From Euprymna scolopes (taxonomy: Eukaryota), in NCBI GenBank assembly GCA_053919585.1, contig CM132790.1: a stretch of 64,000 bases of DNA; one strand, written 5' to 3'. The notes under the pieces are model-generated. The model did no database searches. It was given only the letters and a program-made list of their open reading frames with translations, and was not told the origin of the DNA. Positions 11,325 through 22,355 of the stretch are shown here, piece after piece. Numbering within the stretch: the stretch's first letter is position 1; the number at the start of each line of letters is the position of its first letter. A program made the position numbers and the translations under genes.

Positions 11325-11378
11325 TGCTCTTAATCCGCAGAGTTTCAAAGAATGTTATTTCTTCTCATCAGAGGAAAA
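11325..11378 (-). ncRNA. Degenerate minimal hammerhead ribozyme motif
   Basis: Minus strand: TCCT CTGATGA GAAGAA-ataaca-TTCTTT GAAA CTCTGCGGAT TA AGAG. Core and stem II intact; stems I and III imperfect. Confidence 0.5.
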
Positions 11379-11556
11379 TTATTAGCGAAATATCTTTATA
11401 TATTTGCTGGTATCTGCATAGGCTGAAACTTAAATTTTTATGATTTGTAGTCACAAAATTTATAAAAATCTGTTCTTATTATTATTTATCATAAACTCTA
11501 CCACCTTCAGTGATTATATTGAGCTTTTTCTATTTGGTTGATATATATATACACAC

Positions 11557-11619
<63 letters not shown>

Positions 11620-11621
11620 TA

Positions 11622-13012
11622 TAGTGGGGGTCAAAGGAATTTGCAGACCTATTTTTCTCAATTTCTTTATTAATTTTGCTTTATTTTTCATTTTGGACTC
11701 TTCCATCATTTGCTGGTTTCCATTCTGGTTCGTTCCATTACTACATTTTACGATAAAAGCCAGAATTTAATAATAGTTCCACATTTTCCACTTTTCAGGT
11801 GAGCCAAAAGTTTATGTAGGTAATCTTAATTTATTGATAATGGCTAAAGGAAAGATGGAAAGATGTTGACAGATAGGGAGAAGGGTGAAATTGTTACATT
11901 TCTTGTTGCAAAGAAGTCTACATTGGAAATTTCGAAAATTTTGAAACGAGATCATCGAACTCTGAAACGTGTCGTCATTGACGGCAAAGAAGGAAGAAAA
12001 AAGCATAAAAGTGGCAGACAATGGGTGACTTCACCACGAGATATTAGAAAAATCAAGAGGAGTTTGCTAGCAAACCCACACAGCACAAGCAAAGCTATTT
12101 TCGACCATGCAGGAGTGTCTGCCATCTCTAAAAGGACCCGAAATCGGATTTTGAAACAGATAGCCGACCAGAGAACACAGACAAAATGTCCTCCTTTGAG
12201 TAATATAAACTGTTAGAAGCGACTAGCATGCGCCACTAAATATTTGAAAATCTGACGAGGCCAGAGAAACCGTCAACGGCCCCGATGGTTGAGCCAAGGG
12301 ATGGCTTCTTTAAGGCAGTAGCCCACGCTTGCGATTCAGACGTCAACAGGGAGGAGGAGGAGTGATGATTTGGGCTAGTATTATTGGAAGTGTGATTGTT
12401 GGTCCTTTTCTTGTCCCTGACTGTGTCAAAATGAATTTATTGCAAGTTTTTGGAAGCAAATTTATTGCCCTGATTGAATTCACAAAATGATGCTCCTAAC
12501 CAAAATCTAATTATCCAACAAGACAATGCCCCAAGCCATGCTTCTCGGTTCACAAAAGCTTGGCTTTCAGACAAGGGGATCTCTGGTGAACGTCTGATGG
12601 ACTAGCCACCTCAGTGCCAGGATTTGAATCCGATAGAGAACGTCTGGTCGATTCTGAAGAGGAAGGTTTACGAAACTGGGCATCAATTCCATAGTAAAAA
12701 AGACATTTGGGAGAGAATCAAGAAGGTATCTTCTGAAAGCACACCTCAGCAAGTGCATACATTAACATCCTCTGTTGATAGGAGTCTGATTGATTTGATT
12801 AAAAATGGAGGAAAGCGAATAAAGGGTTAAATAGTTTCATAAATGATTATTGTTCTGTTAATTGTTATTTGAGTAATAACTGTTGTTTTCTTATAATATG
12901 TTATCAATATATGGTACTATAATAATGATGACACAATTTTTCGAATTATATCATATTTAAAAATGGTATTTATTGCGGATAAATGAGTGCTTGCAAACTC
13001 TTTTGGCCCATA
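11622..13012 (+). mobile_element. Tc1-family DNA transposon, decayed
   Basis: Imperfect TIRs AGTGGGGGTCAAAGGAATTTGCA / TGCAAACTCTTTTGGCCCATA. Transposase pieces include the N-terminal HTH (11863-12216), RQQGGGGVMIW, QQDNAPSH and DLNPIENVW. Confidence 0.9.
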
Positions 13013-14605
13013 TTCCTTCCTGAAATCATTTAAAGACCCATACCCCCCAGAATATGATTATTTGGTTTCCGTTTCTATGAATTTACTTCATATATTTGCA
13101 TATCTAACAGTAACATAGTTATTATATTGCAAAATATTGAAGCATGAATTTACCAATTTATACAATTTACAAANNNNNNNNNNNNNNNNNNNNNNNNNNN
13201 NNNNNNNNNNNNNNNNNNNNNNNNNNNNNNNNNNNNNNNNNNNNNNNNNNNNNNNNNNNNNNNNNNNNNNNNNNNNNNNNNNNNNNNNNNNNNNNNNNNN
13301 NNTCGTAGTAGTAGTTGTAGTAGTAACAAACAGAAATTGAGATATAGAGAAAGGACGCGCAACCTTTTTTCTTTTTCTCAAACTTTCTCTGCACGTAATC
13401 TGATCCAAACAAATATGATCACTCGTTTTTGCCAGCACAGCGACAACTATTGACTGAATAAAAGAAAACCGGCAAGACAGGGTTTTTTTCTTAACACACA
13501 AAAAGTAAAATCAAAACTTTCTCAAAAATGACTTGTAAACACTATTTGGAAATACTTGGTGCCTATATATGGTTTGAAATTAATACCTTTTATCTTTCCT
13601 TTCAAATGAAACATCGACGCTAGAATTCAAAGTAAGTGATGCGTACATTAACTGGAATGAATGTTAAAGCCATTACGTTGTTTAATTCTGTCGGAAGCTA
13701 CCACAGAACTTGTATTTAAGTATTTTTAGACTGCATTCCTAATAAACTTTATACTTAACACGAATATTAATTTTTTAAAAAAGTCATTCATTCCACATCA
13801 TATTTCAACAAGGAATTCTTCAAATACAGCGTTATTAATTTCGACTGTGGCAAAACATAAGTCAAAGCGTAGGCAGTAAAAGGATAGAAAGAAGTTTGGT
13901 TTTCTATATTTATGAGTGAATAGTTAGATATAGCGGCCGTTTTAATGCATAAAAATGATCTCATCAAAAGAGACCATCTAAACTGAGACAAACGCATTAT
14001 TAAATGTTTCATTGCCTAGAAACTTCTTCTCCATTGACTGAGGGCATAACACATATTTACGAATGCTCCCTCAAACACAAGAATAAATTAGTTACACTAA
14101 CATTCTAAATGTTAATACGGTAATGTTAATAATGGTAATACGGCCTCAAGGCCGTATTACCATTAACTAGACGTATTTTTACACATTCGTTTAAACCTTA
14201 TACTTTTCTCTGTTCTTATGTGTCTTTAACTGAATAATCTAAACTAGCGTGGGCTGTGGAAATTTCAGAGCGCGTTCTTTTATATGTAATATAATATTGC
14301 TGGGCATTCTGTGGACGTTCAACGTGAATGGAGACTCGGCGATATTATTGTAGCCCTTTTGTTAAAGCTGGAAAAGTTTTTAGTATATCCGGTTATTACG
14401 GTTTATCTCCAGTATCCGTATAGGAGTCTGTCACATATGTCCGTTGTATGGACGTCTGGCGTGAACGATATCGTTATACTATCTTTAGACAGAACAAATA
14501 CTACATTTACATCAAAGGCAGATAACCAAGAAGGCATATTTTAGTTTCCCGTACGGCCCGAAAGCGACATCATTTATTTTTATTTACATTGCGTTTTACG
14601 TGGTC

Positions 14606-14744
14606 GGGAGATCCTATTGATTATAAAGGAAGGATAGCAGGTGATAACTTAGTACGAAAATTAAATTAACGTATCTATATACTAATTTAATGTTCATAGT
14701 ATGTTATCACCTACTATTTGTCTTTTAAAAATAGAGGATCTCCC
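14606..14744. mobile_element. Small MITE with GGGAGATCCT TIRs (PIF/Harbinger-like termini)
   Basis: GGGAGATCCT...AGGATCTCCC, plus internal inverted TAGCAGGTGATAAC / GTTATCACCTACTA. Confidence 0.6.
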
Positions 14745-15483
14745 ATCGAATAATTTATAATCTGGAATCCATGATGCGTACTTATTGACGTGCGTACGTT
14801 AAAGCCACTACAATATTAATATATAGATAATACAACATGTAATCCTTTAATATATTATAATTTTTCCCGGAATATTACAAATAGGTAGCGGAGAGAAACA
14901 AGTCCATCTGGTTATGCTGGCTAGTTAAGTTAATACTTATGAATGAAGTTTGAGCTGAGTCATTATTTCAGATTTCCAAGAGTTCTGCTCGATACAATAT
15001 GAAAACATTGACTTGATCCACTAGTATTGACTGTAACAGTCATATTTGAAAACCAATCTGTTTAAATCAGAAAATATTACTGTCAAATATGAGGCCAACA
15101 TTTTCAAATAATCCACACTGACAAGTACTCTGCCATTAGTCGACTAACATTTAGATTGTAGACTGACATGAATATACCGATTCAGCATAAAACATCCATT
15201 TGCAAACTAGTGTGCGTAGTCAGATATATATTAATAAAAGAGTTCCATGTTTGTATGTCACTAACTGAATTTTTATATGTCACAAATTAATAAATATCGA
15301 AATTAAACAAAATATCTTTAGAAAATACATATAAGATATAAAATGTATTATTATTATGTAACGTTTTACTGGGAAACAATGGAAGTGTTCACGAATCCCT
15401 AATTACATCACTAAAGAAGCTATGAGGAGTAACTATCTTAAAACTTTAATAGTATCCTAGTTTGCTGAAATTTATATCATATG

Positions 15484-16103
15484 TACGAGGGTCGATTCAA
15501 CAGTAGAGCCTCCTATTTTCAACATAAAATGTTAAAGATTTACAAAGATGTGAATAGTACCATAAAAACGAGCAACCACGTCTGCTCTAGAATCTATAGT
15601 AACCACCATTTTCAATGCACTTTTGCTAGAAATTAAATGACTCGTCTCTGCTTTTGATGCACATACATGGCATGAGCAGCTTTCTTAGTACCTCACACCG
15701 TCAATATCTACACTAGAGAGATGAAATTTTCAGGTACAGAATCCATAAGTTTAGACATCATAATAATGTCATTTACAATACCCTCTGCCGGCGGAATAAA
15801 AATGTTGGCGATTTTAATTTTGGAACATTCTTCGTACAAAATTTTACAAAATGGAATCGAATTTGAATTTCTACATTACCCTCTTTGTGCGATTATCTAA
15901 CTTTCACAAAAACATTCGACTAGCTACAAAAACTACCAACAAAACATCCTACATTCAATCTGTGCCTAAATCTTAACGCATATTCTATAAATAACACTTC
16001 TTTCGTTGAACTGCCGGCCCGGGGAACACTGATTGATCCCGGCTGACTATAATATGTTAGTTTTTAAGGTCAAATAAACAAATTCTTATTGAGCCGACCT
16101 CTA
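15484..16103. mobile_element. Non-autonomous mariner-derived element
   Basis: Imperfect termini TACGAGGGTCGATTCAA / TTGAGCCGACCTCTA, typical of mariner TIRs. Confidence 0.5.
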
Positions 16104-16224
16104 AAATAATCAAATTCTACCCAATCTACACCATCAACGATTACTACACTATCAACTTACATTCATAAACCATTATCCTCTAGTCAATTCCAGACTTTGA
16201 TAAAAAGTGATTTCCTTGTAAAAA

Positions 16225-16285
16225 ATCCAATAACTTATACTAATGAATGCAAAATTAAGGTATATGCATATGTATATGTATGTTA

Positions 16286-16319
<34 letters not shown>

Positions 16320-16380
16320 TAACATATATATACATATGCATATACCTTAATTTTGCATTCATTAGTATAAGTTATTGGAT
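16225..16380. repeat. Palindrome of ~60-bp arms centred on a (TA)n tract
   Basis: ATCCAATAACTTATACTAATGAATGCAAAATTAAGGTATATGCATATGTATA... pairs with ...TATACATATGCATATACCTTAATTTTGCATTCATTAGTATAAGTTATTGGAT. Confidence 0.9.
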
Positions 16381-16420
16381 ATATATATATATATATATAT
16401 CGGATATATATATATGTATG

Positions 16421-16462
<42 letters not shown>

Positions 16463-16529
16463 AATGTACAGAAAGTCAGAAAAATATTGGTACCGTCGGT
16501 GCCAAGCTTAACATAAGGGCGACCAGTTA

Positions 16530-17103
16530 ATGGTAAATCGTTAATAATGTTAGGCTCTTCAGCCAAGTTGTTTCTGTTTAAGGAAAAGCAGGACCGTATT
16601 TATTGTTTTTAATGATATTTATTTTTATTTAACTCTAGCTTATCCCTATCTCTGTATATTTTATTTTATTTTAATATCAATATTCTAATTTTTTTATTTT
16701 TATCAAATCTAATGTATTTTTAATAACTTTGTGTTGTTCTATTTTGTTACTATTCCACATCGTTCCGGTCTGATTGGTTAGTCTTGGTTGGTAGTGAGGT
16801 AATTAATCTATCTTATTCTTTAATCTTTTGTCCTGTTTTATTTAGTTAAGGGGAGGTAATTCGTGATTCTTTGTTTCTCTATTATATTATATTTTATATT
16901 TTTAATACGTTTTTATATATGTATTTATTTATTTATTTATTTATTTTATTTCATTTATTATATATATTTTCGCTTTTATTTTGATTAATTAATCAGTATC
17001 CCATATGCTGTTGTTTTATTTTATCTTTGGTTACTATGTATCTGGTATCGATTTCTAAGAGCTCTTATATAAGCTATTTAATTTCTAGGCCTTTTAATTT
17101 TTA

Positions 17104-17159
<56 letters not shown>

Positions 17160-17780
17160 GGTTTATGGTATTCTTTGATATAGCCATAAATTTCTTAATA
17201 TTTTTATACTTACAATATCCTAAATATCTACTTTCACTTTTACTAAATTATTTTATGCGTTAAATTGGCTTCATGCAGAATACTCTTTAAGCCCAACGTA
17301 AGGTAAATTGTAAATAATATTAGGCTCTCGTCAGTCATGTTGTTCTCTGTTTGTGCCCGCATGTATTGTTTATAATGCTGTTCATTTTTATTTAATTATA
17401 GCTTATCCCTATTTCTGTATATTTTATTTCATTCTAATAGGAAATCTCTTTTTTTTATTTATTTAATGTATTTTAGTAAATGCATATTGCCCTATTCTGT
17501 TTCTATTTTGCATGGTATTTTGATTCATCAATCGGTATCCCATATGCTTCTATTTTAGCATACCTTTGGTAACTATGTGCCTAGTATCTTATATAAGCTA
17601 TTTAATTTCTAGGTATTTTTATTTAATTATATATATATATATATATGGGTTTATGATATTCTGTAATGTAGCCATAAAAATATATTTATACTTACAACAG
17701 CCTAAAAGTCTATTTTCCCTTTTACTAAACTAAATTATTTTATGCGTTAAATTGACTGCATTTAGAATACTCTTCAAAAA
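16530..17780 (-). repeat. Tandemly duplicated AT-rich block, probable Penelope pseudo-LTRs with a decayed hammerhead
   Basis: 16530-17290 and 17300-17780 share ordered motifs (AGCTTATCCCTAT, GTATCCCATATGCT, ATAAGCTATTTAATTTCTAGG, TTATGCGTTAAATTG). Minus strand 17340-17270 has CTGACGA-stem-AAAGAGTATTC. Lies at the 3' end of the adjacent Penelope-like element. Confidence 0.6.
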
Positions 17781-17799
17781 ATTCCGTTAGGTAGGGTCT

Positions 17800-19690
17800 T
17801 CGTTTTTTGTTTGCGCCTTCGAGTTTATTAGGAGCGCGTGCCTCCTATATATACAGGCTTTAAGAGTTTCACTGCGGACGTTCAACAGGTCTTCTGGGGG
17901 TTATTTATGGTCTTTATAATGTGGCATTTCTCCGTATTACAAAGGGACACCGTTTTGAGGCTGGTGACTATACCGGTCTTCTCTCTATGATCTTCCATTT
18001 GATGCTGAATGGTGTTTCATTTTAGCTGCCATACTCGGGCGGCTAATGCTGTCTTTATCCTAATTTTTGCCATGAAGGAACTGTTGTGCATGTAATATAT
18101 CCTCTTAAACGTCCCTTGTGTCATACCTATGTATATTATTGGTGTATCTCTAGCCTGATGTGTGAGTGTAATTCGTATACGAGGGATTTCACTCTGCATC
18201 TTCCCTCTAATGGGAAATCTTCCCTGGATCTGCACACGCAGTCCGCAATAGCATTTTCATTGCGTTCCTTTGCGATGATCTTTTTTATTGATGTGGTGGT
18301 GGAATAGCTGATCTTAACTGTGTTTCTGTTGAATAGTTTGTGCACCTTATGTTGTGGAGGGAAATTTCCGTCTAGCAGTTTCAGGAATAAATGTCCCACT
18401 CGTGTTTTTGTGTTGAGGAAATATGGAGGTACAAACCAAATGATATTCCGCCCCCTGTTGCGCCTGTTTTTTGTTAGCTGATGCTGGGTTGGCTGGTATT
18501 TAATGCTTTCTGTGAATCCACGTTTTTAGAGCGCCTCATTGTAATATGGATCTGCTTGATTGAAAATGTCGGCGTTTGATGAGAGCGTAGAGATTCTTTT
18601 GCTGATATTGGCAACCATATTTTTGAAGATTGTAGGGGGTGACATGATCCTTTGTTTATGTACCTAAGTGTCTCATTGGGCTTGTGGAAGGGTCTTTGTG
18701 TCCATTTATTTAGATTTAGAGTTGTATCTAGGAAGTCTACTTCGTATAGGTTGATGCTAATTGTTATTTTGAAACCTAGTTCATGGAATGTTTTGGTTAA
18801 ATATTTTCTAAGCTTATCTAGGCTAGTCCCGTTGTGATCACTTGAGAGACAAAGCCCATCGTCCCTATATGTATGATCTGGGATTTTTTTGTTTTGAGTC
18901 TCTAGCAGGAATAGACCCACTAAGTCGCAGATGTCTGCACTATCGTGGGACCCCATTGCCACATCGAATGGGTCTTCCGGGTTTGACTTTTTTTACCCAG
19001 GTTTCCTTTCATATAATAGGAGGGTTTGCCTAGCATGCATGATAGTTTCTATTTCTAGATCGCTAATGTTTTTGTATTTTGATGCAAAACTCAATGCTTT
19101 TTCTAGTGTGTCTTTTGTAATGGAGGGTTAAAATGTGTAATATATAGTTGAGTGAATTCGCATCTGTGTGGGTCGGTTATATTATTAAACCATTTTAGCA
19201 CTGACTGTGTGTTACCCCATAGGTTGAGGTTTGTTTTACTTTTTATATTATTGACAATTTATTTTATTATTGCTTTACTGGCTAATCCTATTTCGCTCCT
19301 GGCTGGGTTTATAAGTCTGCAAGATGAGTTATTGGTAAACGTTTCCTTATGATCTTTGAAAGTTACAGAAGCTTTTCTCTTTGCTAGGTGGTTTGCTCTA
19401 TATTCTATGCCAAATTTCGTAGCTACTTCTGTGGCCTCTATGTTTATAGATCTGTACGTTTCTTTTTTTTTGCTACTTGGTATTTGCCGTTAATGGAGTT
19501 TAAAGTTAGTTGTGTTTTCTTTGTTTTATCCATTCTATATAAATTTTTGGTCTGATCCGAGAATACTATTGTGTCGTTTTTCTTTTTCAATCTCTTTATA
19601 CATGTCCCACCCGTGTTTATGTGTTGAGGGAATATGGAGGTGCAAATCAAATGATGTTCCGTGCTTACATTTTGAGAGTGTTCCGCTCGA
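17800..19690 (-). mobile_element. Penelope-like retroelement (RT + C-terminal GIY-YIG), decayed; Naiad-like
   Basis: MGSHDSADICDLVG, YRDDGL, DFLDTTLNL, WFVPPY, LFNRNTVKISYS, a CxC..PLEGRC linker, LVY...YIGMT and KWKII; many frameshifts. Confidence 0.9.
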
Positions 19691-20399
19691 GCAAGGAAAG
19701 CACAATATGTGTTTGATTACATTTTAGGTTAGTACCGTTCGCGCAAGGGAAGGGTTACCAATGTTTGTTTAAATGCCAGTAATTCTAAAACCTTTTGTTA
19801 GAACTCACCGTAGTATTTAATTAGAATAATTTTGAACTTCAAAGAGGCTGTATGTGTTTTTAGCAGAATTGCATCATGTGTAGAAGTTGATTTATGTTTA
19901 TATGTTTGCACGATTATCGAATGTTAAAAAACGTTATGCATAAATATATTTTACTTATGCACGAATGTCAACATGCTGAATTGTTCAAAATAAGTCGCCA
20001 GTATTTATGTAACATTAGGTTAATTTTAAGGTTACCAGAAGTTAAACTTCCGTTTTTGAGCAGTTATGTTTGCATTTGTTTTTTTTAGCATTATTGAGTT
20101 CTGTAGATTAGTATTTTTTACAGCATCTGTTATAAAATTGTTAGGTGGAAATATGCAATAGGTGCAAACGCTATCCTCTCTTCACGTTTGTAATGGGTTT
20201 CTAAATAACCATATGATTATTTCAGTGCGGTTCAGTAAATGCATAAGTCCAAAAAGAATATGGTGAATTTCCAAAGAGATAACGTATGAATATATAAATT
20301 AAAAAAAGATGAACACTATTCATCAAACGGGGACAAATATATTTTGTACCAACATCGTCCTCCGTTTGTAAGCGATAAGAATGAGAAAAGAAAGTTAAT

Positions 20400-21302
20400 G
20401 ATACTTCTGCAGTTTAAATTTTATTTTCCGTGAGTCTCGCTCAGTAACACCCACCGAACGATGAAAACCACCGGGATACGGTGGCACTAGGATACGGTTT
20501 GTTCGGGTCACGATGTGGAATACGATGTTTTTCAGGACCCTTGTTACGATATTTGCACCGCCTTACAATGTTATTAATAATGTTATTTGATTATATACAT
20601 GTGTATTATATGCTGTACTGTATTTTTACTAATTTTTAATGCCGTATACTGAGATTATAGTGTATCGAGTAAGCAAAAATAGACGTGACTGAACTAATGG
20701 CCTAAAATTGGAAGAAGAAAAAAGAAATATAGGATATTCTTTTTCAACATAATAATGCGTAATATAAAAACCTCAACCTTCCCATGTTAAGAACAGCTTT
20801 CGAAATAAACACCCGAACCTCAAGAGCCCTTCTTAACATAATGAGATCGAGGTGTTTATTCTGAAAGCCGTTCGTAACATGGGGAGGTTGGGGTGTTTAT
20901 ATTAAGCTGGGTTAGGTCGTAAAAAAACATTTTTAAATGCTGTTTACACGTATAAGGCACAAAAGAAAGTAGATTATCAATTTTTTAGGGGTTAAACGAC
21001 ACTAGATTAGGTCGTAAAATATCGAAATAACTTTACATACTCAAATAAAACAAAAAAAGCACATATGTTCAATAATTAAAAAAAAAAATTATAACAAAAA
21101 ATAGAAAAAAACACAGTTGTCAATAAAAACAAATAAAAACAGTAAAACGAATTTATTAGGGCAGGTTGTTTGATTTTCATTCTTTTTTGTTCGTTTTTTT
21201 ATTAACTTAGGAGCGCGCGATATAATCCGGCGGTTTTCGTAGTTCGCCGGGCATTGCTGAGCAAGATTCAAGGAAATACATGATTTAAACTGCAGAAGTA
21301 CC
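20400..21302. mobile_element. MITE, ~900 bp, ~75-bp imperfect TIRs, 7-bp flanking duplication AGTTAAT
   Basis: GATACTTCTGCAGTTTAAAT...ATTTAAACTGCAGAAGTACC; AGTTAAT at 20393-20399 and 21303-21309. An internal inverted repeat lies at 20760-20903. Confidence 0.8.
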
Positions 21303-22267
21303 AGTTAATATGTAAAAAATAGATGTGCAAACAGAAAAAAAAATAAGCAAACATTATTCATAAAACCCAGACTGATATAATATCGGTCAACAACTACTAG
21401 TAAATTGTTTACTTTTGATGGCGGCGAACACAAAAGAAAGAGAGAAAGAAAAATGTAAAAGATGCATTTTCTACTATATAATATACGCAATGTTTGTGTA
21501 TGTTTTAGTCTTAGCAAAGATATATAACAGTCATTATTTAAGTAAAAACGGTGGAAGGTTTGTAAGCTGTTGTTATATGTTTGAAATTACGTGCCTATTA
21601 ACTGAAACGATGCCGTGCGAATCAATATCTGTTCTAGCGACGCCATATTGTAATGTTTTGAAGTGTCCGATTAGAATGATCTAATTGCGGAATAAGAGAA
21701 TTAGAGGGCACCTTATCAGATGCAGCGGACTTTCCTGAAGAAAACTTTATTATTTTTTAAATCTACTACGAGATGTTTAATAGTATATCTGTGTGTGTAT
21801 GAGACAGTTACAGGCAGTTAAAGTGTAGAATTTGTGCAAGTGTAGACTTTCCCTCAGACTTGTGGCGACGGTAAGACTAAATATTTATAGGGGAAATAGG
21901 TAACTCTTTCCCTAATGATGTTGCGATGGTATGGTGTTGGTCCAAGGATGTAATGTAGTATTTTATTATCACGATTGAATGTGTCTGCAAAGTTGTACGA
22001 AAGTTACATAAGATNNNNNNNNNNNNNNNNNNNNNNNNNNNNNNNNNNNNNNNNNNNNNNNNNNNNNNNNNNNNNNNNNNNNNNNNNNNNNNNNNNNNNN
22101 NNNNNNNNNNNNNNNNNNNNNNNNNNNNNNNNNNNNNNNNNNNNNNNNNNNNNNNNNNNNNNNNNNCTCCTGGATGCATGTCTTAAAAAGTCTGGGGTTG
22201 AATCTTTCCTAGTGAATTAATGCACCTCCAGATACAAACATGGGTATTTCTTTGACTCAGCGCTGCA

Positions 22268-22355
22268 CATACAGCGTGTAGCCATCTCAAATGGTCACCA
22301 ATCTGGTACTTTTCAAGTTCAACGTTGCTTAACTTCAGTGATCTGGTCAGAACAC
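22268..22355 (-). pseudogene. 5S rRNA-derived sequence (5' end lost in gap)
   Basis: Minus strand GTTCTGACCAGATCACTGAAGTTAAGCAACGTTGAAC...AGTACCAGATTGGTGACC closely follows 5S GTTCTCGTCCGATCACCGAAGTTAAGCAACGTCG...AGTACTTGGATGGGTGACC. Confidence 0.75.

Noticed and set aside
16280-16516. YI-repeat ORFs (also 5722, 6391, 11510, 17027, 53467, 61428)
   Set aside because: Translations of (TA)n microsatellites.
17800-18400. Selenocysteine recoding reported for some Naiad Penelope elements
   Set aside because: I saw no in-frame TGA at conserved Cys positions in either Penelope-like element.
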